From the NCBI GenBank assembly GCA_011109175.1, contig RDEW01000002.1, positions 1,058,676 through 1,122,675 of the forward strand: a stretch of 64,000 nucleotides of DNA. Direction: 5' to 3'. Shown here in pieces: positions 13,292 through 26,589 of this stretch. The position numbers and the translations under genes are program-made. The notes under the pieces are model-generated. The model was not told the origin of the DNA, searched no databases, and saw only the letters and a list, made by a program, of their open reading frames with translations. The stretch is from Dicyema japonicum (lineage: Eukaryota > Animalia > Dicyemida). Position 1 is the first letter of the stretch; each line of letters opens with the position of its first letter.

Positions 13292-14289
13292 TTTATATCA
13301 TTATTTTTAATAATTGTTTGGGGGACTCTACAAGTATTGTGGTTTAGTTTGTTTATGGATTAGTATAATTTGGTGGAATCAGATATTCAAGTCATTTTTT
13401 GATTAAGAGTCAATATGTAGTTTTACAGGATAACATGTCCGAGTATACAAGGCTTTTCAACAGATTCTCCTCCTCTTTGGACCGAACCCTTTCTCGGCCC
13501 ACTCGATTGTTCCACTTGAGATGCAAGTCTTGTAGCTAAGCGAGATATGGGGATATCTGTAAATTTATTCACAACACCATCCCATGTTAGGACTACGTTT
13601 ACTTTAGCATGACAATTTACTGGAAAGTCATACTTGTCAATTCATCAACTTGATTTGCTTCATTTCTTGTTGAAAAGTGATTAGACTTGGATCAACGTGA
13701 TGATGTGTGAAAATATCCCGTTTGTCATTTTGTATCTTTGTATCTATGCTTATTGCTGTATCCATTCGACTCTCCACAGATTGTAAATTGATCAGTTTTG
13801 AGTTTCTTTGACCTCTTTATTCCGTATTACCGACATAGATGCAGATGTATACGCCTCACTGTTTCGTTATGTCGTCGTAAGTAGTCACTGTTCAGCATCC
13901 GACCACACCATGTTGTCAAGAACACTTTACTTGGCGAGTGATTGTAATTTTCCCCAACAATAAATTACCAGTTTGTAAAGACACAACATCCTCCAGATGT
14001 AGGGAAGCTTCGTATGCTTGTCACCAGTATGATGTCAGTAATGTCATTCGAACCTGCAAGAGAGTGAGACTTGATGTATTAATTCCTAAAAAAACTTCCT
14101 TTTTAAGAAGCTAAGGAACCTTTTGGTAGACTTTTTTAATCCATGGTAAATTGAGTTTACTTGTTTACTTAATCACAAAATTCGTTGGAACAATTTACGA
14201 AACTGTAAATTTCTGCGAAGTGTTATTTGCTCTTTCTTGATGTCCCTCAGGTGGGACAAGTGAATCATATAAAGACATGCTAATGAAGG

Positions 14290-14560
14290 AATAAACAGGA
14301 ACAGAGCAAAATGCGATAAGACACGACTTTCGGGTGATAGTTGGAAGCATTGGACATTCGAATAGGTGATTTGCTGTCAACTTGGTTAGGTTTCAACAAA
14401 GACAACTGAAGTCATTCACATGTCTGTAGAGAGGAGTGGTGTTTACAGCGTAGACGAGACAGGTTTACCTAGATGACCTCGATAGAAAGGATTTTGATTG
14501 GTCGATCGGATGAGGGGTAAACCGATGGAAATGACAACTAAACTACCAATCCCAAAAATT
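14290..14560 (-). mobile_element. LINE C-terminal zinc-knuckle remnant
   Basis: 'TANHLFECP..PT', typical of the CCHC end of I/Jockey-group ORF2. Confidence 0.45.
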
Positions 14561-14592
14561 AATGAATAAATCGAATAAATCTAATTTATTAA

Positions 14593-16258
14593 CTAATCCG
14601 TATTCTTCTTAGCTTCTAAATAACTCCCAGGGACATATCCAGCCCTTCCATCCTTATTAACAACCTTCATGTAAATTAGACAAATACATAGCACCATGCA
14701 TTCGGATCAAAGTCTCCAGCAAAACTGACAGTTTCTCCAGGATTAACAGATAAATATTTATCCCCGTCATTCTAAAATCAGTTGAGTTGGTACCTCATAT
14801 TTATGCAAAACAATAGCCTCATTTAAGTTTGCAGAGGTAGTAGACTACATTAGAACAGACTAAATACCTCATCATCAGAATATAAGACTTGGTATAGGCT
14901 GGAATAGTCACTCTAAATGTGTAATTTATGCTTGTTTACTGAATTCTCCTTGGGACTTTCATTTATGGACTGATAGGTTGGGTCGAAATCATAGGGGTCG
15001 TCTTGGGGGATGCTTATTTGGGCAATCACTGAATCACAAATGTTGATTGTTTGCTAAATATTATGGACTTGTTACTTTGGCCTTTATTATCATTTCTGTC
15101 TTCTCAATGGTAGTCTCTCTCCCAGCCTGAAGGTGGTGTAATAGATCCTCGGCCTCCTGTTTGCTTTTACTCCAATATTCGATGATATCCTTTGTTGGTT
15201 TATTCGTGACTATGTGCATGTTGGGTATTCGTGGTAAGTTTATTTTAAGACTCGTAGAGAATGGGGGATAATTGTCGATCATTATTTGAGCAAAGTCATC
15301 CACCTTTGTTACCAAAAATGACAACATTTGTTAGTTGGTCTTTCAGTGACTTGAGCTTCTGGACAGAGCCGTCGTAGTTCTTCATTAAGGAATCAACAAA
15401 TCCAATGACCTTTTCGACGACAATGTCATCATTCATTATAAAGTCCTGTAAGTGATTATTCCAACATACATTAATAAGATTGTACAACTCCTCAGTGTAC
15501 AACTCAATCTGCCGAATCAAGGCTGTGTGATGCGATATGTACTCCAGTTTGTGCTTGTTTAGAATTTCCTGGGAGTTCTTTGACCTTTCACTGAGCTGGA
15601 AATATTTTAGTTACTTTACCCTTTTCAACTGTTTGCTACGTTTTGATATGGTCATGGACTCACTGAGTATGCGATCCCTACAATATAAAGACTCTGAACA
15701 ACCTCCCAATCTTCGTCTGCAAAGCCAAGTTTTTCGCCTCGTAGTCTTCGAGTTGTTTATAAATCGACGTAACGAATTTAATGTTGGTCTCCACATCCTT
15801 CTGTCTCTTTGCTAACATGGCGAGGACCTAAATTGACAAATAAGACTACATCTCTTCTATTATCAACGATTGTCTTTGTGATCTCTTTAAATTGGCCTGT
15901 ATTGATCTCATATAGATTGAGGGAGTCCTGGAACTGATTTTGGAATGACTTTAGTGTGGTCTTGACTTGTGTTTCAAGATATCTTGGATTATTACCTTTC
16001 CCACCTTTTGTCGTTGTCATTGATCTTTTTAGAGAATGACTTTGTAATACTGAGAATTTCCTTGTTGAATTTGTTGAATACTTTGTTGTATTTGGTGAGA
16101 TATTTTCTGCAATATAAATATGGAAGTAATAATGTCCATAATTAACTATTGTGTACTCACTTTATGTAATTTGTTATGGCTATTGACTTCAATCCTTCTG
16201 AAGTTAGGACTTGGATTTGCTTTGAAAACATTTTTAATATTTCTGATTTTTTGGTCAT
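14593..16258 (-). CDS. F-BAR plus C-terminal SH3 domain protein (CIP4/FBP17/nostrin/FCHSD-like)
   Basis: Twelve GT-AG introns (54, 22, 22, 25, 24, 24, 22, 22, 27, 23, 22, 23 nt) give one open frame: a long helical N-terminal region, then a clear SH3 'AIVLHKYENDGDKYLSVNPGETV..DPNAWCYVVNKDGRAGYVPGSYLE'. The F-BAR assignment rests on architecture, not exact motifs. Confidence 0.75.
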
Positions 16259-17999
16259 TGTGAGGTTAATGATCTATTAAGGATCTAAATTTTTAAATTT
16301 AAACATTTTATTACATTTTTAATTAAATTATTATTAAATTAAAATTTTATTTAAATTTTTTGAAATTAATTTTTAATTTATTAAATCAAAAAAAATATTC
16401 AAGAGGAAATAAACAGGAATTTCTATATTAAGAAAATTATGACAATGACATGACTCGCCTTTTACTAATACATTCTTCCTTAATTCCGCTAACACATGAG
16501 GATTACTTGAAGAAATCATTATATACATTAAGGTTTCAAATGAAGGGTCCTATCTCAAAGAAGACTGTTAGTAAAACATAACCTTTTGAGAAACTCTACG
16601 TATATGAATATGGTTAATACGATTATACGTTTTTACTATCCACAGGGGGTACTTGAGAGAAGTGAAAGTGAACAGAAATATCCGCGTTTACATGTAACTA
16701 ACTGTGCTCAAGAGTACCGTCGAAAGTGTGTACCGGAGCACATCAGTTCTCTTGTTTAAGAGGAAATAGAAAAGATATGACTGAAAGCTTCAATATGTGG
16801 TGAAGCAGAGACATATGAGAAGAAATTTAGACAATCTTATCGACTAGCTGGTCAAAGACCAATTCTAATGTCATATATCTCTTAGAAATATGTGACCCCA
16901 TGCTAGATAAATCCAAAACGTTTTCGTTTCTTCTAAGCAACAATGAATTATAAACAGAAAGTAAAGAAAACCGGTGATTAACAGAAAGTAACTACTGAAA
17001 GGTGACACTTCCAGGATCCGCCATGAGTATATGGTGTGGTGCAGTATTCGAAGGCGAACCTGAAAGAGAGATCCTGAACATGTATGATCATACTAAGTAG
17101 GATCACATGATGTTTACAATAATAGTGTTCATAGCATTTAAGTTACCATAAAATACGTTCAGTCACTTCTCCAATATTTAAGTGTCCAAAAATAGAGACT
17201 AACTCTTTATCAAATACATTCCACAATCTTGTCTAAATCTCTTCTATTTTGAGATAGGCAAAAATTTAACCTGGAGAGATAGTATATCAAACGATTCCTC
17301 AGTTAAATAACTTCATGCAGCCTATTTCTCCTGAGTCAATCAGTTCGTCTATTCGCACGAGAAGACGTCACCACATTGTTCAGTATAATCATGATTGTTC
17401 GTTATACATTCACTGTTTTATTATTTTATTATCCAAGATATCAGGGTTAATGAGAAAAGAGTGACCTCATCTATTTAAGAGTCCAGGCTAGTAGTGTTCC
17501 TTTTGGTAGTCACTTTCCTGTTAGTTGTTTCATTCATTTCTAATAACTGTGGGGTAAATAAATAATAAGTACCAGGAATTACAAGGGGAGGTTAATTCCA
17601 TGTAGACGAGGTACTAATCTTCATTGGGGATGATGTAACTCAGTAGTTCAGGAGTACTTTATAGAGGGGAGATTTTATGCCCTTAGAAAAGTTTACCGTA
17701 GTCGTGACAAACAAGAAACTCACAACAAAGTCACCTTTTCCACTTACTTCGTCATACGCAAACTCACATAGTTCATCCAGATTTTCTCCCTCTCTTAAAC
17801 GTCTACCAAAAATTTGTTGGTCCCCGTCGAAGACCATCGGAAGGACAGTCCTAGGTCATCCAGGGAATCATGAACCGTCAGAGGCGAAATAGTCTTCCAT
17901 GTCCTAGGGCCTCCAGGTCCATTCACATTACGAAAGAGGTTTCATTAGCAAAAAACATTAAGTTAAACTTTCCAATAATTAAAATATAATATAAATATT

Positions 18000-18570
18000 A
18001 ATGCGAAGCTCTACGCGACCGATTCGCGTTCTATTCCATTATGGTCGAGGATCTCTTATTAGCCGCGTGGCGCCATGTGGTGCTGCGTGGTTAATTGATT
18101 GAAGTTTTCTGCTTGTTTGTTTGTTCCTCCTTTCTCTTCCTAATAGAGTGGCGTCATGTGATCCACCTGTCTAGGTGACGCCCAGTGCCAGGCCGGCACG
18201 AAAAAGGATCATTTGCTCTTCCCCTCTGGAAGGGTTTCCACAACTGCATGTAATGGACGTCTTACCTTTTATGCTGATTCCGGATAGACTCTGTTTCCGT
18301 AGAAGTGGAAACTGGTTACACTTAATTAGTGTTTACTTTAACTTCTTTCTCGGTGTATCAGGGTTTAATAAATTAAATTAAATGGTCGAGACAACTGGAG
18401 AAATAAGTGGAAAATAGCTTCGCTTCCTAAAGAAACTTGGACACCTAGCCACACTAAAAAGCCACGACGCACGTGAGATCCGGTGGCTTCTCCAGTTGAT
18501 CTCCGTTACAATTGTGAGAGGCAACGCAACGTCGATAATGTCGGCAGGGTCCACTTTGGATTGATGGCTG
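18000..18570 (+). mobile_element. CRE-type retrotransposon 3' fragment interrupted by a SINE
   Basis: 'FYSIMVE|TTG..RFLKKLG..RE.RWLLQLISVTIVRGNATSIM' reads through once the SINE is removed. Confidence 0.7.
18050..18381 (+). mobile_element. SINE (same family as 2061-2389)
   Basis: 9-bp TSD ATGGTCGAG at 18041-18049 and 18382-18390; head AGCCGCGTGGCGCCATGTGG, core CCCAGTGCCAGGCCGGC, tail GGTTACACTTAA..GGTGTATCAGGGTTTAATAAA. Confidence 0.85.
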
Positions 18571-18584
18571 TGTTAAAAAAATAA

Positions 18585-19230
18585 AATTAATTCCAAAGAC
18601 CACTGTTAAACCGAAAAAAACTAACTAAGTGATCCCGACGAATTGGATCAAAGCTCTCATCCTTGTTCAGTGTTGATCCTTTGAGCCTACACAAGTTTGT
18701 TCCATTTTTGTTTTTTTTGATTAGTGTCTCCATGGGCGTCGATGATTTAATGTTTTCCCTGTATACAATCTCTCAGTTAGTTTGAAGGCCCTTTTCTGGG
18801 TTGCGGAAATTTTCTGGATGTTCGTATAAGAGGCCAGTGGTCCCCATGAAGTACACGCATATGAAATGCATGGTTCGATGTACTGTGAGTAGAGCGTTTT
18901 AAGTATAGGGTGATGTCCAATTTTCCATAGACCTGTTAGGCATTTCAGAAAGTTGATTTTCTTCTCACATTTGTTCAGCTCGTTAGTGACATGTCTAGAA
19001 AAGTTCATGTGCGTATCGAAAGTCAGACCCAATATTTTTTGCCATTTGCTGAACGGCAATGCTCTTCCCTCAGCAGTAACTTCTATTGTCTTGTTCGACA
19101 ATCTTTTGTCCGAGGTATAGAGAGTTGTAACAGATTTTTCAGTATTGATTGACATCCGATTTTCATTAAACCACTCGAGTAGTCGATCCATGTGGTGTTG
19201 TATTCTTCCCGTCGCTGTTTGGGTGTTCTG
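18585..19230 (-). mobile_element. 5'-truncated I/Jockey-like LINE (RT C-half and tail)
   Basis: ORF 18721-19191 (WF..NR.SIN.EKS..TL.T; ILG.TFD....F..H); end ALIQFVGIT* with stem-loop at 18585-18640. Confidence 0.75.
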
Positions 19231-19333
19231 ATCTCATGAGGCTAAGAAGATATCACCGTTAATTAATTATTAATTATTTGTTGATTAAAATATAATTATA
19301 ATTAAATATTAATTTTCTAACTATAGTTGTAGT

Positions 19334-20375
19334 ATGATGTCGTTAATCACACCTGAGATGGCTTCAAAAACTCTGTAATTAATATAATAAATAAAAGCTA
19401 CTTTGGAAATCTTTCTCCCCACGTGAATGAAAATCTATTAATATCACTCGTTGAACAGTTTGGCGTCAAATGTCTCTCATGCAAAATGATTCGTGAGGTA
19501 TCAAACAGAGTGCTCAAATCAGACCATCAACGATCCGTACTGCTTCATTGAGTTTTCCTCATGCGAGGAGGCCCGTCTTGTCCTCTCCCAACTCAACCAA
19601 GTCACCATTTTTGGAAAAGTCGTGATTTTTACAAAACAAACAGAAATTGAAGGTCAACTGGGCTGCTGTTCCCAAAGCTGACTCATCCACTGAGTACTTC
19701 AGCATCTTTGTGGGAGATCTTAGCCCTGAAATTGACTCTGCAGGTTTGTTAAATGCTTTTCGTCATTTTGGAGAGATTTCGTACTTATTAATAGTTTATA
19801 GTTCAGAGACTGCAAAGTCATCACTGATCCTCACACTTTTGTGTCCAAGGGATTTGGGTTCGTCTCATTTCTCCACGAAGAGGACGCGGCGAGGGCTATT
19901 TCTCAGATGAACTGTCAATGGATTGGGGGACGACCTATAAGGACCAACTGGGCTGCCAGGAAGGTGGGGATTGGTTCCACTAGTAATGACTTTGTTTAAT
20001 GTAGCTCGGTCCTATGCTGAGATATCAGACCAGACGACCTCTACGAATACAACTGTTTATGTTGGGGGCGTACATCCTGGGTTGATGACTGAGGACCAAG
20101 TGAGGACAATCTTCACCGTGTTTGGACACATTTTGACAGTTCGAGTCTTCCAAGATAAGGGATATGCATTTGTGCAGTATAAAACCAAGGAGAGTGCTGT
20201 GAGGGCAATCCAAGCCGGTGGCAGTCACTCTATTGCTGGATGTCCCCTCAAATGTTCATGGGGGAAGGAGAACCCATCAAATTTTCAAGTTCCATACAAC
20301 TTTTACGGTGTTGGATATGAACAACCACAGAGTATGCAGTATCCCCCACATGGAAATTACCCTCATTATTATTAA
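19334..20375 (+). CDS. TIA1: TIA-1/TIAR three-RRM RNA-binding protein
   Basis: LYFGNL, DPYCFIEF, KVNWA, IFVGDLSPEI, SKGFGFVSF, RPIRTNWAARK, TVYVGG, KGYAFV, KCSWGKE and a Q/P/Y-rich tail. Introns 19375-19397 (23 nt), 19498-19522 (25), 19619-19643 (25), 19781-19806 (26), 19983-20004 (22). Confidence 0.93.
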
Positions 20376-20544
20376 TTTATGATAATTATTTTTGTTAATC
20401 TATTATTTTTGATAATCGGAAGCTACTTCTTTAATAACCCAGGATATATCTTAAATAGACTTTATTTAGTTCGCATGCTTTGAGTGGGATGCATCCTTAC
20501 CGAGTATCACGCCCATCCATTATTGTTATTGTGATAGTAGAAAC

Positions 20545-20650
20545 AGGGGAGGATGGAAACGACTCACAGCGCGTGTCCAGAGATGCATGGAAAAAGTGGA
20601 ATCTCAAATTAGTTAACTTGTTTGGTTTCACGGATATGCTAATAATAACA
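20545..20650 (+). mobile_element. Short copy of the RTE 3' end
   Basis: GCGTGTCCAGAGATGCATGG..AATCTCAAATTAGTTAAC matches the reverse complement of 3945-4010 and also 50260-50420. Confidence 0.75.
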
Positions 20651-21326
20651 TTGTGATAGCACCTACACTGGAGTAGGGAAGAGAGGGCTACTTTGCCGAC
20701 TAGGCACTGAATTAGTTGTGTCTCATTACGTTCATTAGAAATTGAAAAAGCGACAGCAGAAGTAAATCCTTATCTTTTCAAAAAGGGTAAAACTAGGATA
20801 CGATGGTTTATGTTGTCGGGAATCACTTATTATTATCAACATAACAATATAATCAATTAAATATCACCATTCACTTTCAGACACGTGATTCTCAAAATTC
20901 TTTCTATTATGGGACAGAATTTGAACATGATAAAGTCCTCGTATATGAAACTAATAACCTTAAGATGGCTCCATGCTACGTGGTGCATGTCTACCTGACT
21001 TATGAGAAGCACAATGTCTGTATGGCTATTCAAAATGATCCAACTCTTCATTCCATTTGGACAGTTCCGCTTCGACCTCAGCTTCCATGCTTATGTCCTC
21101 TGGATCAACTGTGCCTAGATGAGGGGTCTACTAGAACGCGTCAGGATTACGAGTATAGTTAGCTACCAAAGCTGAACGCCCATATAAATCTGATGAAGGC
21201 AGAACCCAAAACGAACCTAAGAAAAGAAAAGTCCTCTAGTTCCCACCTCGCATGAAACAACACGTTAACCAACTCATGCCAGAATATAAACAAATCAAAT
21301 AGAACAAATCATTAAGAAAAAGTAAA

Positions 21327-21524
21327 TTATCGTAATCTCTTTGTTTCTCGTTCACTCTCCATAAGCAGAATAATATCTCCGACACGAACAGATCCCTTCA
21401 CATTTCGAATGATTGAACGATGAGAAGTGTTCATCAACGTCACCCGTACTTGAGTACATTGTCCCTGAGATCCAACTCTACCAAGAATTTTAGTGACTTG
21501 TCCTGAAGCAGCGGGAGCCTCCAT
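21327..21524 (-). CDS. RPS28: 40S ribosomal protein S28 (eS28), intronless
   Basis: [32 protein letters not shown]...L.ESERE..RLR; ATG at 21524. Confidence 0.93.
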   Translation of the reverse strand: MEAPAASGQVTKILGRVGSQGQCTQVRVTLMNTSHRSIIRNVKGSVRVGDIILLMESERETKRLR

Positions 21525-21699
21525 CACAAAATACAGTTAAGAAAACGTGTTTAAATAATTTTAAATAATATTAATTTGATTAATAAAAAATAATTTTATA
21601 AATAAATATTTTTTTAAATAACAGAATCATAGTTTTCATCAAAATAATAAAAAATGTTAGAAGATCATCGAAACTGTAAAAACAGGCCTTACTTTTTGA

Positions 21700-22680
21700 C
21701 CACATAAAGATGAAAATGCTCAAAGAAGGTTCCAGGACTTTATTGGAATTCCTGTAAGATATAATTACACAATTTTGAGTCTTAAAATGTCTCCAGTCTC
21801 TGCAAGAACATGGTAATGCGGATGGTAGAAAGCCAGGAAAATCGAAAAGGGGTCCACTAGTTATCACGCTCGCCATCGAAGTGGAGGAATGGATAATTTC
21901 TACAATCTTGAACCAAGTCGAAGAATGAGCTCATTTTTCTCCTACAAAAAGCTCCATGTTTTACGGACATGAACTTTTTGAGACCCATCGACGAGAAGCT
22001 GAGGACTGCCGCTGAAGAATCGCTCAATATTTCTTTTGATAAAACTGGTTGGATCCAATGCAAACTACCCCTTCGCTGCGGAGGAATCGGAATACGCTCA
22101 CCACTAGAACTTGCCCTCTCGGCTTTCCTTTCTTCGACGTATGCTGCCAATGTTCTCACACGCCAGATCCTACGATACATTAACGGATCAGACGCTGAAC
22201 CGGTGGTATACATGGCTCGGGAAGTCTGGACGCGACTGGGAGTTCGATTCCCTAAAAACGCTAATAAACAACAAGAATGGGACAAGATTTTATGCCCAAA
22301 GATCATAAATGAAATAAAACCTGTGCTCGATCAGTTTCGTCTGGATTGTCTGGCATCTGCATCAACAAACGAAAGTGGATCCTGGATCAGAGCTTTACCA
22401 TGTATTTCACTTGGGACACTATTAGATGATTTCCGCTGGAGGAGTGCTAGAAGGAGTCCTAGACATGCCGCAATCAATGGAGTCATTGATTGAGGACTTG
22501 AGGCTGCCGGATTTCCTGTCCAATTGGAGCCACTTGGACTTGCTCAAGCCAACTGAAGACCGGACGGAACCACTCTATTCCCATGGGAGAGTGATAAATA
22601 CTTTGCCTGGGACGGCACCTTTGTCGATAGCCTCTCCCTACAACATTTCAACGACATCAACAGACCAGGCTCAGCAGAAG
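21700..22680 (+). mobile_element. CRE-type (RLE) non-LTR retrotransposon, truncated
   Basis: 'W.Q..LPLR.GGIGIRS..ELAL.AFLSS', 'SGSWI.ALP...LGTLLDD', 'RHAAIN..I', 'RPDGTTLFPW....AWD.T.VD'. Confidence 0.8.
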
Positions 22681-25110
22681 TTAGTTAGCTGCCGCCCTCA
22701 CAAGGACAAAACAGAAGTTAGTTAGCTGCCGCCCTCACTGCGTGGCTGTTCCCTCTCAGAATTTGAGCGAAATTCGCTCAAACAGCCAGCGGCGTTCACG
22801 GAGATCTCCAGTGCATGAAGTGATCCGGTTTCCAAGAAGTCCAAAAAACTCTAGTGTAGAGGGGGAGTAGGATCCGGAAGTCTCCATAGCAAGGGGAACA
22901 AATTGGAAATTATCAAGAAGGTCGCCGTATTTTTCGAGTTTGGCCTTCTCCGCCTTGACGGCTGCAGAGCAGGCCTTTGAAGCGCACTCGTGAATATTGT
23001 TCGGGCGAACGTGTCTGTACATGTCAAGTCCCAAACAAGTGGTTTCCCGGCCTCAAAGGGAAATATGGTCAGCCCGTCCGGTTGTTTCCCGTCACTTCTG
23101 CATAACCCGACCAGTTCAAGAATGGCCGAGTATCCAGAAGCATCCAATGCTCGCTTGACAATCTCATTCAGAGCCTTGTACCTTGGAGATCTGCCAGCGC
23201 TACCTCTGGCAGGCCATAGCAGTCTATCAGGATGCCACATCGGCACGGGTGAGGTATACATACTTTCAGTCCCAGCCGCAGAGAGATACAACTTCTAACG
23301 CATTTATTATCCAGAAAAGTGCCCAGAGCTCCGTTGGCATGGCGTTTAGCCAAGCTCCGCTCTCAGGGGAAGCCCCCGAAACAAACAAGCGCGTTGGTGC
23401 TGATTGGCTGATTCCAGTAGGAGTCCAAATGATTTCCAGCACAATAAATTGTCCAGGAGTCGCTGGCAGTCTTGTGAAGGAGGCAGGGGAAGGTTGGTGT
23501 CATTCCAGGCTTCTCGTGCGTGGATTATGTCTTGGTCAATTGAGAATTCGGGTAGGGAGTGTAGAATCTTCCTGACCAAAGGTTCGCAGGTCGTGAGTGA
23601 AGTACGACAGATGTGTAGGAAGTGAGACGTCCAAAGTACAACGGATTCCAAGACCCCCAAATCTAACTGGAGTGTAGCTTGCTTCCATGTAGCATCGTCG
23701 AATTTGACATTAAATATTTGTTCCGTCGAGCTGAGGAAAGACAAATCAAAATGCTCAAGCTGCTCCAATTGGGAATAGTACAGGGCTGTCTTGAGTAAAT
23801 AGGCGATCCTCTGAATGTTAAGACTTCTTTTCATGAGGAATAGTGCTCAGTGTGAGTCAAGTAGCTGTAATCTGTTAGCGATTCGCATAGTTGTTTTTTG
23901 TCAGGAGGACAGCTTCATCGCATTTAGTGATCGGGGATCCAAGAAAAATCAATTAGTTTTTAGGGGTCGAAATCTCACCAAGAAACAAGGAGTAAAATTT
24001 TGGAACAATTGAAGAGAAGTCATCGTCAGCAAGACCACAGTTTGTTACTGCACATTTCGTTGTATTCAACTTAAGACCCACCTCGGACAACGCGGGGATG
24101 AGTACTTCTAATCCTGGAAGACGTTTCCTGGGACCTCCTAAGACAGCGTCATCGAGGTACCAGATGTTGAGTGGGCATCAGAGAGCTTCGTAATCCTCTC
24201 AATTCAGAGGGAGAAAGCAGTGGTCCGAGGGGGTCGCCCGTTGAACACCTGAGACTATGGAACCATGAAATCCCCGTGCAATAAAAATGTAGGCTTTCCG
24301 TATGAATAATTGACCAGTTCAAATATGTATGGACATCTTTCTTTGCAGCATCCAGCATAATATGCCTATTAAAGTCTTGAATGCTGCGGTTCCTGAATGT
24401 CTGACGGAGTGAACGGCTGCCTCACATCCAAGACGAACTCCGACTCCAACTTGACTGGGAAGTAAGGATTTTGACAAGATTGACGTAGAAAATCTGAAGC
24501 AATCTTGGCTGCTAGTCTCCTGAAGGTGAATCCGACCGCGATCGGGCGGATTCCACCTCCCTTCTTGTCGACTGCAATCAGACTAGTCGAAAACAAGATA
24601 TGACGTATCAAATCAGGCAAATGTCCAGATAATATCCTGTTCATAAGAGGAGTGAGAAGGAGAGACGACATGCTTGGTCTCCAATAGTCGGTGAAATAAG
24701 GTCTTTAAGATGGCCGGGCCTTAACCCATCGAGATCTCTACTGTTGCTTGGTGCAAAGTTCCAAAACGCCGTGATGACATCCTCTGGCTACGTGGACAAA
24801 GGGGTCACTTTTGATAGGGGTGAACAGTGGCGTAGTCATTCGGAGAGGGTGGATGCTTCTCCAATAGAATCTTGTAAGTATCAGCGGTTGGATTGCGTGG
24901 TCCTCCTGAGAGTGAGAGGGCCTTCAATGTAGAACGGATTCCTCCTTCAAGCAACTTCGATCGTACGGTCCTTCTTAGGCGAAAAATCTGCATTTCCCGA
25001 GTTGAACTCAGAGTCTCAGTTGAACGGATGCAAATGGACGGGAGGTCCGTAAAGTTAGTTCCATTATGAGAGATGCCAGCAGTTAACTGCTAGTTTTTGC
25101 GTTTTCATCA
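22675..25110 (-). mobile_element. CRE-type (RLE) non-LTR retrotransposon, about 2.4 kb, frameshifted
   Basis: 'KKGGGIRPIAVG.TFRRLAAK', 'GDPLGPLL', CCHC (HPCRCG..D.YG), 'DGKQPDGLT.FP...GK.LVWD.TCTDTFA', 'FVPLAMETSG', 'WLFERISL..RGNSHA'. Confidence 0.88.
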
Positions 25111-26589
25111 CAAAATAAAAATATAGGAAAAATATCTTTAAAGTACACATGAGGCCTACATGTTTTGTAGGAAACCACGTTTCTCTAATGCTCCTAATGC
25201 GTTCACATAACCACCCCTATTTTATGATACAGAAACGTGGGAATGTCTAAAAAAGGGTTTTAAGAGAATTGAAGAATATCAAAGAATCACTTGAGGAAAA
25301 CGTAGATATCATTGTCCTAAGGATATTTATACGAGACCCTTTACAAACAAATCCAATAAGTAGGAAGCAATAAGTTCACACTGTTTTGACATTCTCTGGA
25401 TGTGACACTATGGAAAGTTATTATGGAGGACTTTTTCAACCAAAATGGCTTTCGTTGAAGAGGGAGAATTGCATTTCCTCTCTGTTAAAATAGGGATTAT
25501 GGACGAATTGGAGAACAACTGAAGACACTGGAGCAAGGAGAAAGGTTGGATGGAAGAAACTAAAAAAGACAATATGGAATAAGTCACAAGCGAAATTCAA
25601 ATTATTCACATGGTTATGGGAAACGGGGGAGTGCTATTAATTATAGTGAGAGATATCTCAGTTTATTTATTTATCCCCAAGGTCCCTTCAAATAAAGGAA
25701 ACTTGTGGCTAACAAAAAGTAACTACCAGAGAAGTCAGTCAGGTGTATCTGTTGTGATACAGAACTATAAATACGGACCCGGACACCAGAAGTAAAAAGG
25801 CAGAAAGGGTAAAGTGGAAAAGCTCTCTTTTCAAATAGGCTTGTAAACCCTTGGATCAATCTTAAGTCACGTGAGATTTAACATCGTGGCGCACCCAATT
25901 TGAGGACTGAATGGCAAACAATGTGGATAACATATGGGATCACTCGTGGAAGCCTGATGTTGCGTGTTTAAGATGACTGTTGTGGAATTCATTATACGTT
26001 GGTGTGAAACTTGTAAACTTACTTAAGATGAAAGACAATTTTTTCAGCAGGAAGAAAACCACATGTGAATCGAGGATCCTCAGCTTCTCGGAGAGAGCGT
26101 AGAAGAGAGTTCTTAAAGGAATGGGGACTTCTCAGACCTTCGTCTCCAAAACAAGTCTCGAAGAGAGACTAATCACTCATGTCTTTGATCTTTGCTTTGA
26201 TAAACTATCTTCAAAAGATACGGCAACGAAAACAAATTTGATTGGAAAGAGATGCTGACAATCTCCGTTTTCGAAGTATTAAAAAAACAAACCAAAACCT
26301 CTCAAAAACGGAACAGTAACACGGAGGCACTCAAAAACAGAATAGTGGGAACCTCGATCGTAACGCTATCCAGACTCTGAAATATCGAACGAACGGCCGT
26401 TGCTCCTCCTTCCCCACGTGGACCCACCGCGAAAATTACCTCTAGCTTCTACGAGCTTACGCTAATTGAATTTTGCTTAAAAATTATAAATTATGATCAT
26501 AAATTTATCTATTTTTAATTAAATTATCTTTATAATTTTAATAATATTTCAAATAAAATATTTCCACGTTTAATTAAATTCTCGTGTAA

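Noticed and set aside
19310-19336. CTAAC..TAG acceptor just upstream of the TIA1 ATG (similar AG before IMP3 and DUSP) as spliced-leader trans-splice sites
   Set aside because: Not consistent: nucleolin, RPS28, ARHGAP and DDAH have no nearby AG, and AG is frequent by chance. It needs 5' transcript data.
21327-21524. RPS28 as a processed pseudogene (intronless, KGSVR instead of KGPVR)
   Set aside because: The frame is intact, there is no poly(A) or TSD, it has the usual AT-rich upstream tract, and a 200-bp exon is not exceptional here.
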